A DNA stretch of 45,690 nt from assembly GCA_047633875.1 (NCBI GenBank), contig JBLIFO010000001.1:1-45690 (forward strand). Reading direction: 5' to 3'. The stretch comes from Marinoscillum sp. (GTDB lineage Bacteria; Bacteroidota; Bacteroidia; Cytophagales; Cyclobacteriaceae). The notes beneath the pieces were generated by a model. That model worked only from the letters and a program-made list of their open reading frames with translations. It was not told the DNA's origin and made no database searches. Positions 28,307 through 37,691 of this stretch are shown piece after piece. Within the stretch, counting starts at the first letter, position 1. Each line of letters begins with the position of its first letter. The translations under genes and the position numbers were made by a program.

Positions 28307-29914
28307 TTAATTCATCGCCACCAAGTCTCTTTTCCAGAAGACATCTAATATGTTTTGAACTTCCGCAGCTTCATCATATCGTTCGAGCATATTGAGGGCT
28401 TTTATCTTACCGAGTAATGCTTTCGAGCGATTGGTTCTATTGGTCAGGCTGATCTCAAATTGCCCCAAAGCTTCTTCTGGACGGTCTTTGGTCAATAACC
28501 ACTCTCCATATTGCTCGAAGGAAGGATAAGCGATTGCAGGTGGACCTGAGTCGTAGTTACTACTTGCCTCAAGTGCAGTGGCTTCTTTGAGATGTTGCTC
28601 GACATCTTCATCCTTTTCATTGAGCATGGCCAGTAAAGCTTCCATTTGGTGAATGACTACATTGGTTTTGGTAATGCCTTCCTCAGTAGGTGCATATCGG
28701 GTAGGACCAGCGCTGCACATGGCGATTCCTTTGTCGCCCACTACTAGTTTAGCAGCTTCTACCTGAAGCGAGAGTCCGTTGATTTCTTCTACTATCTGCA
28801 AAGCATCTTTGCTGTTGAAGGCCATCATGCTATTGAAGAAATGCTTCTGCGATTTGGCTTCCAAGCCCATCTTGCTATACTCGATATCTATCGGCGCAAC
28901 ATCATCTAGCCAATTGCCAGTCTCAACCAAAAACTCGTTTTGCATGTTGATTGTGTAGCCTTTGGAAGCCGTAGAGTCAGAATTGTAGCTGATAATGTCT
29001 CTCAGTAGCTTCTCTGCTTTACCGTATTCCCCCTGTTGCAAATAACCATAGTGCAGCCATGCCATGGAGTGGTAGCCTCTATCATTTCCGGTAAGGCCTT
29101 TGCGCTCAATCCTGTTAAGGCTCGCTTGGTAAGATTCTTCGTTGGAAGAGACCACCTCATTCCACATGCCTAACGCCACATAAATATGTGATGGCATATG
29201 CAAAGCGTGAGCTGCATCAGGCGCAACTTTAGCATATTCATTTGCGGCAAGCACAGCCTGCTTTGCGTGCTCAGGGTTGTCATTGGAGTGGATCATGTAA
29301 TGGAGCGCTCCGGGGTGTGTTGGGTTTTCCTTCATGATACCAGCGGCTACTTCAGCAGATTTGTTAAGGTTCTCCTGATTGTCATAGTCTGCCCACATGA
29401 GCCCAAGCGCATAAAAGGCTGCGACTTCCAAATCTTTAGGATATTGCTCATAGAGGCTAGCCATGTGCGCTACATACTTTTCATTTCTTTCTTTCAGTTC
29501 GCCCTCACCAAAGAGCAACTCTATGCCTTCCCAAAAGTCACGCTCTATTCCTTCGGAGGCTTTCGCTAAACGCTCCTCTTTTGTAGCACCAAGCCTTGCC
29601 ATCACTTCTCTTCCTTTTTCCACATTTTGGAGTCCCCAGAGTGCTTTGTAGTTGCACATGGACTCACCCCAGTAGGCCATTACTTCAGTACTATCTACTC
29701 TCTGCGCTTCGAGAAAAGCATCATTGGCATCATCATACTCGAAGCTGTGTAGCAATAGTAAACCTTTGTTAAAGCCTTCTTTAGCAGATTCAGAAACAGG
29801 GAATTGATAGTTGATATCTCCCAAAGTGTAACTCTCGGTTTGAGCTTCTTTAGGTTGGCTACAGCCAAAAAGAATGATTATGGCTAAAAAGGGTAGGGCA
29901 AAGTGTTTGAGCAT
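28307..29914 (-). CDS. TPR-like helical repeat lipoprotein
   Basis: Lipobox LFGC, GLLLLHSFEY, HPGALHYMIH, HALHMPSHIY. Confidence 0.75.
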   Translation of the reverse strand: MLKHFALPFLAIIILFGCSQPKEAQTESYTLGDINYQFPVSESAKEGFNKGLLLLHSFEYDDANDAFLEAQRVDSTEVMAYWGESMCNYKALWGLQNVEKGREVMARLGATKEERLAKASEGIERDFWEGIELLFGEGELKERNEKYVAHMASLYEQYPKDLEVAAFYALGLMWADYDNQENLNKSAEVAAGIMKENPTHPGALHYMIHSNDNPEHAKQAVLAANEYAKVAPDAAHALHMPSHIYVALGMWNEVVSSNEESYQASLNRIERKGLTGNDRGYHSMAWLHYGYLQQGEYGKAEKLLRDIISYNSDSTASKGYTINMQNEFLVETGNWLDDVAPIDIEYSKMGLEAKSQKHFFNSMMAFNSKDALQIVEEINGLSLQVEAAKLVVGDKGIAMCSAGPTRYAPTEEGITKTNVVIHQMEALLAMLNEKDEDVEQHLKEATALEASSNYDSGPPAIAYPSFEQYGEWLLTKDRPEEALGQFEISLTNRTNRSKALLGKIKALNMLERYDEAAEVQNILDVFWKRDLVAMN

Positions 29915-30048
29915 AGCTATGGTATTTTACTTAAAGATAATTGAACCCAGACAAAGCATCGATTTTCGTTATTTTCTCTGGACGCATTCACGATTACTCT
30001 GTGTGCCTTTATTAGAATCGTTGGTAAAACTTCAATTCCCCATTTTCC

Positions 30049-30501
30049 TTAAATCACTCTGCCTTCGCTTGTTGCTTTGGCGTCCAGAGACCGGCCTATG
30101 TGTAACCCGATAGTTGCTCCGATTCCCAAACCCAATGCAATACCCATAGACTGATCAAGACTCGAGAAGAATATTATGCCAAGAAGAACGCCTAAAGTCG
30201 ATCCTAAGCCCACACCCATTTTGGTGTAATACCCTTTGGTAATTAGGGAGAATGTATCAATCAATTTTTTCTCGAATGCATGGAAGGCGTTTCCGAAATG
30301 CTTTTTTCTATTCTTGGCAATAGATGATAATTGTAACCCATCAAGTTCCAATTCGATGGTTTGCATCTCATCTTTTGAGAATTCTCTTCTTTCCAACTGA
30401 GCGAGAACTTGAAGGAACTTTTGATAAATCTTGATTTCAGACTTTTTGGTGGTTTCGTTTTTTAACCTTTCAAAAAGGTTAGCTGCTTCTTGTAATTTCA
30501 T
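30049..30501 (-). CDS. Hypothetical membrane protein with two Gly-rich C-terminal TM helices
   Basis: ATG 30501 (MKLQEA) follows an ECF-like promoter motif. Confidence 0.7.
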   Translation of the reverse strand: MKLQEAANLFERLKNETTKKSEIKIYQKFLQVLAQLERREFSKDEMQTIELELDGLQLSSIAKNRKKHFGNAFHAFEKKLIDTFSLITKGYYTKMGVGLGSTLGVLLGIIFFSSLDQSMGIALGLGIGATIGLHIGRSLDAKATSEGRVI

Positions 30502-30521
30502 AGTATTTAATGTTTTCTTGA

Positions 30522-30549
30522 TTAGTGGCTCCAACCAAAAATCATTACA
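30522..30549 (-). promoter_or_regulatory. Candidate ECF sigma promoter
   Basis: TGTAAT-N14-GCCACTAA, matching the motif upstream of the sigma gene. Confidence 0.6.
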
Positions 30550-30590
30550 TCTGGGGCTTATTTTTTTTAAAATAATATGCGTGATGCGCC

Positions 30591-31253
30591 TCAATCAGTA
30601 GCTTTTAGGCTTTCTATATCCGTGATGATTTCTTCTAGTTTCTTGAGAACGCGCCCATAGACCAGATTCAAATCAAATCTGTAAATCCTCCCAGCAAAGT
30701 ATGCCAATAGGAGTATGATGATGAATGCTCCGATCAGTCCATACAAAGGGAAGCCAAATACGACTACCATATCGGGAAACTGGATTAGAAGCTCGGTGAC
30801 CAATTTATCTCCAGGGACATCTCCACCAAATGGGCCGAACCAAAAACCTGCAACCATTGATAAAAATACCCAAGGATACATCACGCGAGCAATCTTGGTA
30901 TTGATGGTTATCTGCTCTTTCATCCACTTATCAAAGGATGTGAGGTATTGGTAGCTGTTTACATTTTTATCAATTTTCTCTAAACCCTTCAGTAGTTTAT
31001 AATTGATCACTACGAGGATATTCAGAATGATAAACATGCCAATACCTAGATATGGAATCTTTACTAGATAAGATGCCGGAAGGATGAAAATGGAGAAGGC
31101 AACTATTCCGATCAAATTTACTTTGAACATCCTCGTGAACTTGTCTACGATATGTACAGATTTTTTATTGTAAAGGTCATTTACCTTGGGAGCGATCAAT
31201 GCGTCGCTGCTCAAAAAACCTTCTTTCCAAATTGTTTCAATTGACTTTTCCAT
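30591..31253 (-). CDS. Membrane protein, probable anti-sigma partner
   Basis: Four TM segments; overlaps the 3' end of the ECF sigma gene. Confidence 0.7.
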   Translation of the reverse strand: MEKSIETIWKEGFLSSDALIAPKVNDLYNKKSVHIVDKFTRMFKVNLIGIVAFSIFILPASYLVKIPYLGIGMFIILNILVVINYKLLKGLEKIDKNVNSYQYLTSFDKWMKEQITINTKIARVMYPWVFLSMVAGFWFGPFGGDVPGDKLVTELLIQFPDMVVVFGFPLYGLIGAFIIILLLAYFAGRIYRFDLNLVYGRVLKKLEEIITDIESLKATD

Positions 31254-31728
31254 CTAATATTTTCTTTAAGCGTTCCTTAATTCGTTTTATGCGCACCCCA
31301 ATATTGTTGGCGCTGGTGCCTATGATATCAGCGATTTCCTGATAGGATTTCTCTTCCAGATAGAGTAGAATCACTCCTCTGTCCAATTCCGAAAGCTGCC
31401 TGATAGCATCGTAAAGTTGGGCGAGCGATTCATCAGCAAATGCCTTGCTATCCTCTGTTACCTCTTCCGGCAGGTAGTCCGATGCGAAATGCTGAGGATT
31501 GTTTTTCTTTTTCTTCAGTAACGTCAGGCAGACATTAAGGGTGAGTCGATACACCCAGGTAGACCACTCAGATTTTCCTTTGAAGCTCTCTTTGCTTTTC
31601 CAGATCTGTAAGGACACCTCCTGATAGTAGTCTTCAAAATCTTCTTGCGTATTGGTATATGCCCTGCAGATCTTGATAATAATCCCCGCATAGGGCAATA
31701 TGGATGACGTATAAAAATCGCTGCTCAC
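31237..31728 (-). CDS. ECF RNA polymerase sigma-70 factor
   Basis: EDYYQEVSLQIWKS, STWVYR, LYLEEKSYQEIADIIG; GTG start. Confidence 0.92.
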   Translation of the reverse strand: MSSDFYTSSILPYAGIIIKICRAYTNTQEDFEDYYQEVSLQIWKSKESFKGKSEWSTWVYRLTLNVCLTLLKKKKNNPQHFASDYLPEEVTEDSKAFADESLAQLYDAIRQLSELDRGVILLYLEEKSYQEIADIIGTSANNIGVRIKRIKERLKKILDGKVN

Positions 31729-31743
31729 TACTTTTTTTCTTGT

Positions 31744-31772
31744 TTAGTGGCTAAAGTCGAAGATTATTACAC
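31744..31772 (-). promoter_or_regulatory. Candidate autoregulatory ECF promoter
   Basis: TGTAAT-N15-GCCACTAA, 15 nt upstream of the start codon. Confidence 0.6.
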
Positions 31773-32087
31773 TTGAATGAAATATTTGTGAAAAAACACA
31801 CCAGTGATGTTTGTCTGTTCAGTTGAAATATCCGTCTGGAATATTCTTTGAGCTTATGCAAAAGCCGTCTGGGTCGCATAGTCTGGGTCGCACAGACTTT
31901 TGCCAATTTTAAAGATAAGTGAACTCAGATAAAGGACTGTTTCAGTGGGCCATTTGTGGATATGATTCTTCGGTTCCCTTTGGGTGCCTATTTAATCTTC
32001 TAGCGGCTCTTCCTGTGGTTTTTAGCAGTTGATGGCTCTTCGCTGCGAGGTATGTTTTGGATTTCAATAAGATTCTACTGTAAACTA

Positions 32088-32972
32088 TTATTCCGTTTCC
32101 GAATAAAAACGAGACATAATCATGACGTGAGGCAAAGTAATAAGAGATACCAGCACAAAGAATAAGGTAACGAGTGGCCAACTCAGGTCCAACTGGACTG
32201 CTAAAAGAATGATGACGATTATCCCAACCCAACTGATGACTGTGTAGGGTGTCGCATTCCTGATCCAGGCACGCATCCCAAATCCTTTTTTGATCTCGCT
32301 TAGTTTCAGTAGTTGGAAGCTAGTCGCATCATAAGCATGCCATAAGGCAAAAAATACTGCAAATCCGACTAAAAGGGAGGTGTAGCTAGAGATGATATAA
32401 AGCATTGCCAACTCTATAGATTCTCTAATAAAAAGAGCGCGTGAGCTAAGAACTAATAGCAACAATAAAGGCAAGCCGAAAATACCGAGAATAAACAGGG
32501 CATAATTTTGAAAAAACTCAAATGTATCGATACCAATTAGGTAGGGAACGATCAACCCTTTTGTTTCAGTAAGATGAGGAAGGAAGAGCACCAATAATGC
32601 GCAACAGCCCCATAGGAAATACGTGAATCGCGCTATTCTGAGTTTATTTTTGTGAATCATGAGCTGAGCCTCACCGAAATGATAAGCAGATATGATCAGG
32701 AAAATCAAAAAAGCAAGACCATTAAAGAAGTACCATAAGGCCGCATAGGTCATCATGATGGACAAGTAGGCTCCAATAAACTTCCAAAGTGGCCATTTCT
32801 TCATCTTACTAACAGGCAGGTGCTGTACCAATAGGTGGTCAGTGGCGCCATGAGCAATACCCATGATGGCTATCAGCGCAAAAGCGAATACCAGCTCAAG
32901 CTTTGTATCGCCTATCAAGTAGAAGATCAGTAGGCTAGCGAACGTAATGATGCCTTTATGAAATAACGGCAT
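32088..32972 (-). CDS. blh: Brp/Blh beta-carotene 15,15'-dioxygenase
   Basis: GIAHGATDH, SAYHFGE, FALWHA, ITLPH; downstream of the rhodopsin. Confidence 0.92.
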   Translation of the reverse strand: MPLFHKGIITFASLLIFYLIGDTKLELVFAFALIAIMGIAHGATDHLLVQHLPVSKMKKWPLWKFIGAYLSIMMTYAALWYFFNGLAFLIFLIISAYHFGEAQLMIHKNKLRIARFTYFLWGCCALLVLFLPHLTETKGLIVPYLIGIDTFEFFQNYALFILGIFGLPLLLLLVLSSRALFIRESIELAMLYIISSYTSLLVGFAVFFALWHAYDATSFQLLKLSEIKKGFGMRAWIRNATPYTVISWVGIIVIILLAVQLDLSWPLVTLFFVLVSLITLPHVMIMSRFYSETE

Positions 32973-34098
32973 TTCGTGTTCTTTTCATAAGTGTGCTCAA
33001 AAATGGTTGCCAAGGTAACTGACCTAAGATCATCATCTCTTCGGGCAAGGTTGTCTCTTCATCCAAAAATTTCAATACTCTGGCTATGGGTTGATTTTTG
33101 AATAGAAATTCCATTATTTTCTTTACCATAAGGGGTTGTTCCTTCATGATCTGCAGCAAGAGTGTATCATAAAAGTCAAACCTGCCTTTTTCTTGTATAG
33201 TCTCTGGATGGCCTAGTAGTTCCTGTATGATCGACTTTGCATGCTTCTGAACATTCATGAATGTATAGCCCGTAGTAGCTTTCGTGTCACCACCTACTGT
33301 ACCAATCCTAAAAACCCTTTTGTGCGGTTTAGCATCGAATGGGTAGTTCGTCATAGGAATGTTACCCTTCTCTCGTTCGATGATGGTATAGGATGTTATT
33401 CCAAGCTCATCTAAGATGTAATTTTCTAATTCACTTTCGAATTTCACTTGGTTAAAATGAAAGTCTGTACTGAACTGAGTGTACTCCACTAAAGCCTCGT
33501 TTTCGGAATAAGGTAAAAAATACACGAAGCTTGGCGCTTCCTGTTGTGCAACTCGAAAATCCATCAAAATAGGCTTTTGGCGATCAAAAACTGGCTTTTC
33601 GGTTTGGATAGTCCATCCGACAAAATTTTGCGATAGCATAAGGATATCTGAAGGGATGGCCTTGGGCTTGGTAATACTATCTATGAGATACTCAGCATGA
33701 TAGCTCTGATCTCCTGCTTGCACTGAGATCAAATGATCTTCATGGATGATAGCTGATACTTTTTCTTGGAGAAAAGTGATGCGCTTGTCTGCACGAATTT
33801 TATCGAAAACTTCCTGATAAAATTCCTTGCTATGGATCGTATAGTAAGTATAAGGAGCAATAGCTTCGAAACGCAAATAATCATCGGAGGCAAAACCTAA
33901 CTCCGACCAATGTTGCTTTTGAGCACATTTATAAAAGGCATTGTTTTCAGTCCAAAAACTCCAGGTTCTATCATTGGTGTTTTTGGTATCATGATCTATG
34001 ATCATGATAGAAGCAAAAGGAATCTCCGATGCTATGAGGTGGTGGATAAAACTTAAACCACCGAGCCCGGCTCCTGCAACAATGTAGTCGTAGATCAT
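32956..34098 (-). CDS. crtY: Lycopene beta-cyclase family protein
   Basis: YDYIVAGAGLGG FAD motif, NDRTWSFW, LMDFR, EKGNIPM, KATTGYTF. Confidence 0.88.
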   Translation of the reverse strand: MIYDYIVAGAGLGGLSFIHHLIASEIPFASIMIIDHDTKNTNDRTWSFWTENNAFYKCAQKQHWSELGFASDDYLRFEAIAPYTYYTIHSKEFYQEVFDKIRADKRITFLQEKVSAIIHEDHLISVQAGDQSYHAEYLIDSITKPKAIPSDILMLSQNFVGWTIQTEKPVFDRQKPILMDFRVAQQEAPSFVYFLPYSENEALVEYTQFSTDFHFNQVKFESELENYILDELGITSYTIIEREKGNIPMTNYPFDAKPHKRVFRIGTVGGDTKATTGYTFMNVQKHAKSIIQELLGHPETIQEKGRFDFYDTLLLQIMKEQPLMVKKIMEFLFKNQPIARVLKFLDEETTLPEEMMILGQLPWQPFLSTLMKRTRNAVIS

Positions 34099-34109
34099 CT
34101 TTAATTATT

Positions 34110-34194
34110 AGAACTGGTCCGTGCTACTTGCGGAGGTTCCGGTAATCGATATTTGCTTGCATCTGATGCAAGGAGAGTATCACGAACCAGTTCT
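34110..34194. other. Branched stem-loop between the rhodopsin gene and crtY
   Basis: 19-bp outer stem (17/19 Watson-Crick) plus inner CTTGCATC-T-GATGCAAG. Confidence 0.65.
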
Positions 34195-34207
34195 TTTTTT
34201 TTACTAC

Positions 34208-34948
34208 TTAAGCGGCAGTTGATTTACTCTTTGATGCGATCGCTAAGCTGTAGATCACCAAGCCAAAACCAATCTTATTCACAGCATCACCGATGTTGTA
34301 GATTAGATCCATTGAAGCAAGAGGCAAAACTCCACGAAGAATACCGTCAGTTTCGATAGCCATATAACCGATAGGATAGATAGCCCATCCTACCAATACG
34401 AACCATCCAAGTGATTTGAACGCTTTTTGAAGTATTGGATCATTGGATCCATCAGCAAGCTTCTTAGCACTTCCGAGCCATATCTCGTATACAATACCTA
34501 TGTAACCGAGCGTTGAAATCGCACCCCAAATGGCGCTACTTTCTCTGAAAACGGTTTCCCCAAGATATCCTGCTACGAGCATCCATAAAGAATAGGCGAT
34601 CATTTTCCACATCAATCCAATCTTAGCACCGAATGCTTTCAGGATCAAATAGAATTCTACGCACATCAAAGGAACAGTTAAGGTCCAGTCAATGTATCGT
34701 AAGGCAGTTGGACTGTATCCGTTTTCAATCCAAAACTCTCGCATGTAGTAGTAATGCACTGCTGCGATAAATGTGATAAGGCCTGATACTAGAAGAGATG
34801 TCTTCCATTTGCCTTCTACGCTACTTCTTTCCATAAAAAAGAAGATAGTTGCGGCAGCCATAGCCATAGCCCCAACAAAAAAGGTGAATCCTACGTAATC
34901 ATTAGGAAGCAGGGTGGCTGCCAAAAGAGAATTAAAATTGTTCATAGC
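34208..34948 (-). CDS. prd: Proteorhodopsin (DTE proton pump, green-tuned Met)
   Basis: RYIDWTLTVPLMCVE (D/T/E, M at the tuning site), AVHY His, retinal Lys in DAVNKIGFG; ATG 34948 preferred over GTG 34981. Confidence 0.95.
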   Translation of the reverse strand, partial: AMNNFNSLLAATLLPNDYVGFTFFVGAMAMAAATIFFFMERSSVEGKWKTSLLVSGLITFIAAVHYYYMREFWIENGYSPTALRYIDWTLTVPLMCVEFYLILKAFGAKIGLMWKMIAYSLWMLVAGYLGETVFRESSAIWGAISTLGYIGIVYEIWLGSAKKLADGSNDPILQKAFKSLGWFVLVGWAIYPIGYMAIETDGILRGVLPLASMDLIYNIGDAVNKIGFGLVIYSLAIASKSKSTAA

Positions 34949-34994
34949 ATTTATAAGTTTGGTTATACGGGTGGTGAACACCCTGTTTTTTAAT

Positions 34995-35028
34995 TTTGTT
35001 TAAAATATTCCCTCTATTCTTAAACAAA
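34995..35028. promoter_or_regulatory. Inverted repeat upstream of proteorhodopsin (candidate operator)
   Basis: TTTGTTTAA-N16-TTAAACAAA. Confidence 0.5.
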
Positions 35029-35115
35029 TTGTAAAAATATTTTTCCTCACATCGTATTATTGACAAATTCCCATCAATCACGAAGATCTAGACCATTTTT
35101 TTATGGTGTCTAATA

Positions 35116-35175
35116 CCATGGTTTGTATTTTCACAAACCTTTAGCATTTCGATTCGTGAGGACACGAACCGAGGC
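35116..35175. repeat. REP-like inverted repeat pair (same family as 22039-22103)
   Basis: CCATGGTTTGTATTTTCACAAA ... TTCGTGAGGACACGAACCGAGG. Confidence 0.6.
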
Positions 35176-35315
35176 TTAGGGGGCTCAAGACATTAACCTT
35201 GGCTCAAGGTCTAAATAGGTTCAGACCATAATGTCCGAAGTGATCCTTGCCTAATAAACTATTCTCCCTTCATTCAAAAAAGGTTATTTTACAACCCAAT
35301 CAAAAACCTACGATT

Positions 35316-35867
35316 ATGCTGAAGAAAATTTTATTAGGATTAGGAGTACTTTTACTGGTTTTCGTGCTTTATGCTGTTTACGCCTTATTTATTGCTGCAC
35401 CTGCAAGCCCTCCGGATGCAGTTTCCTATAGCGATCAGGGCATCAATATCAAAGTGGACTACAGCAGTCCCTATAGAAAAGACCGGTTACTTTTTGGTCC
35501 AGAGGAAGCAGGCGCATTGCAGCCTTTTGGAAAGTACTGGAGGCTTGGGGCCAATAAGCCAACAGAAATCACCTTCAATAAGGATATTCTTTTTGCGGGG
35601 CAGCCGCTAGCTGCAGGCAGCTATAGAATGTACGCTGTGCCTGGGAAGGAAGCTTTTCAAATTATCTTAAATAGCGAATTGGGTGCTTTCTTTGGTGCAG
35701 CTGAGCCAGATCCTGAATTGGATATTTTGAGCATAGATGCCCCAGTAACTATGAAAGGTGAGAATACTGAGCAATTCACCATTGGTTTCACCAGTGATTC
35801 TAAGGCCATTCAAATGAACTTCGATTGGGGACAAACTTCATTCAGCGTACCCATTACTAATCAATAG
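35316..35867 (+). CDS. DUF2911 domain protein
   Basis: ASP, YSSPYRKDR, PFGKYWRLGAN, AGSYRMYAVP; ATG 35316. Confidence 0.85.
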   Translation: MLKKILLGLGVLLLVFVLYAVYALFIAAPASPPDAVSYSDQGINIKVDYSSPYRKDRLLFGPEEAGALQPFGKYWRLGANKPTEITFNKDILFAGQPLAAGSYRMYAVPGKEAFQIILNSELGAFFGAAEPDPELDILSIDAPVTMKGENTEQFTIGFTSDSKAIQMNFDWGQTSFSVPITNQ

Positions 35868-35873
35868 ATTGTT

Positions 35874-36983
35874 ATGAAAAAATGGTTCCTTATTCCTCTT
35901 TCAGTGTTGATCTTTCTTGGACTGACTTATTGGATTGTTGGCAAGATTCAATACCGGATGAACGTGATGGATGTGGAGGACTATGACCCCATTTCTACCT
36001 TAAAAGTCCCAGAAACAAAGCTGACCAAGGCTAAATTTCCTTTCGTAGATGTTCACAATCATCAATGGATTATGCCGATTCAGAATCTGGATAATCTGGT
36101 GGTAGAGATGGATTCCTTAAACATGGGGGTGATGGTCAATCTTAGTGGCTTCAGAGGTAAAGTGTTGGAGTGGTCATTGGACAATGTCAATGAAAAATAC
36201 GGTAATCGTTTTGCACTTTTCCTCAATATCAATTTTGAAAATCTCGACGATGAAGGGTGGCCTGAAGAGCCACTGCGCATGCTTGAAGAAGCGGTGGACC
36301 AAGGCGTGAAAGGACTAAAGGTCTATAAGGGATTGGGTCTGACGGACAAGGACAATGAAGGCAATCGTATCGCAGTAGATGATGAACGATTGGATCCAAT
36401 CTGGGCCAAATGTGGAGAGCTAGGGATACCCGTTTTGATTCACTCAGGGGAACCCAACTCTTTTTGGAAACCAAAGGATAAGAACAACGAACGCTGGTTG
36501 GAGCTGAAGCAATATCCAAGTCGCTACCGTGATCCTGAGGTACTACCTTCATTCGAAGAAATAATGGCCGAACAACACCGCGTTTTCAGAAAGCATCCTG
36601 GAACCAAATTCATTAATGCACATCTGGGTTGGTTTGGAAATGATCTGGCAAGACTAGGCGAGCTGTTTAATGAGTTGCCCAATGTTTACACCGAATTAGG
36701 AGCTGTGATTGCTGAACTTGGAAGACAACCTCGATTTGCCAGAGCTTGGATGATTCAATATCAGGATCGGGTGATGATGGGAAAGGATACCTATAAGATG
36801 GAAGAGTACTATACCTATTTTCGTATCCTGGAAACCGCCGATGAGTACTTTGACTACTACCGAAAACGTCATGCACATTGGAAAATGTATGGACTTGACC
36901 TTCCTGATTCCGTACTTCAAAAAGTATATTATCAAAATGCCCTGAAGGTAATTCCGGGTCTGGATCGGTCCTTATTTGAATGA
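35874..36983 (+). CDS. Amidohydrolase family protein
   Basis: DVHNH, GLKVYK, PVLIHSGEP, INAHLG. Confidence 0.88.
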   Translation: MKKWFLIPLSVLIFLGLTYWIVGKIQYRMNVMDVEDYDPISTLKVPETKLTKAKFPFVDVHNHQWIMPIQNLDNLVVEMDSLNMGVMVNLSGFRGKVLEWSLDNVNEKYGNRFALFLNINFENLDDEGWPEEPLRMLEEAVDQGVKGLKVYKGLGLTDKDNEGNRIAVDDERLDPIWAKCGELGIPVLIHSGEPNSFWKPKDKNNERWLELKQYPSRYRDPEVLPSFEEIMAEQHRVFRKHPGTKFINAHLGWFGNDLARLGELFNELPNVYTELGAVIAELGRQPRFARAWMIQYQDRVMMGKDTYKMEEYYTYFRILETADEYFDYYRKRHAHWKMYGLDLPDSVLQKVYYQNALKVIPGLDRSLFE

Positions 36984-37021
36984 AAGCAATCAGTCATTGC
37001 CTTAAGTAGATAGCCTCGTAT

Positions 37022-37342
37022 TTATGTCAGGGAATACATCATCATGCAGTCAATTAAATCGGTCAGCATATGGAATAAAAGTCCTATTCCAATTATGTAG
37101 AACGGCTTACGAAAAAAGAGAAGTATCACATACACGATCATTGCATAGTATGTATGCAAAGGGTGAAAATTGATACTACACCTATCTGCTTGGAAAATTG
37201 GATTCGCAATCAAGTGGTCTACATCCACTAACATGGTAGCAATCATTATCAAATAGGCTTTTTCCCAATCTTTCCTAAAAAATGCATAAGCAATGAAAAA
37301 TGGGATTCCTAAATGCAAAAAGTAGTGTATAAATGTCTGCAT
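37022..37342 (-). CDS. DUF6122-like small membrane protein
   Basis: MLVDVDHLIANPIF...RCSINFHPLH, HMLTD. Confidence 0.78.
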   Translation of the reverse strand: MQTFIHYFLHLGIPFFIAYAFFRKDWEKAYLIMIATMLVDVDHLIANPIFQADRCSINFHPLHTYYAMIVYVILLFFRKPFYIIGIGLLFHMLTDLIDCMMMYSLT

Positions 37343-37418
37343 AACTACTTGTTATTAAACTGCTTCAAAGTTGTTTCTTTTACTGAGGTTTGAACCTCAC
37401 TTTTGCCCATTCCGTAGT

Positions 37419-37513
37419 TGGTGCGAGCTTTTAGCTCGTATCCATACCTTCAACAACTTAAAGTCCGAGTAAAAGCTCTAACTAGCGGAACGAACACGCT
37501 CAGGCCAGCTGGG
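37419..37513. repeat. REP-like palindromic repeat, copy 1
   Basis: TGGTGCGAGCTTTTAGCTCG...CCAGCTGGG; direct homologue at 38932-39027. Confidence 0.75.
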
Positions 37514-37529
37514 GGAGTTTCTTTATTAA

Positions 37530-37691
37530 ACCCAAATTATGCATTTGGCATAATTTGCGCGAAGCGCAGACGAAAGCTTTGCTTTGTCAGGGTTAACCCT
37601 GACAAAAACTTCATGTTTATGAAGTTTTTCGTCATTATGCGATAGAATATTTTTCTTAAATTTTAAAATTATTCTATTGCATAATCCGGGT
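37530..37691. mobile_element. MITE-like element, short form (162 bp), inverted relative to 7789-8068
   Basis: ACCCAAATTATGCA...TGCATAATCCGGGT flanked by TAA/TAA; abuts the stop codon of the EF-hand gene. Confidence 0.78.

Noticed and set aside
31866-31896. 14-bp tandem duplication GTCTGGGTCGCAYA
   Set aside because: Only two units; most likely slippage in a decayed repeat, with no supportable function.
31942-32232. 96-aa ORF overlapping the blh 3' end, and the other short antisense or nested ORFs in the track
   Set aside because: They overlap well-supported genes in other frames and show no recognisable motifs.
7789-37691. Invertible ~30-kb segment between the two inverted MITE copies
   Set aside because: The copies are diverged and no recombinase or breakpoint evidence is visible; untestable from one sequence.
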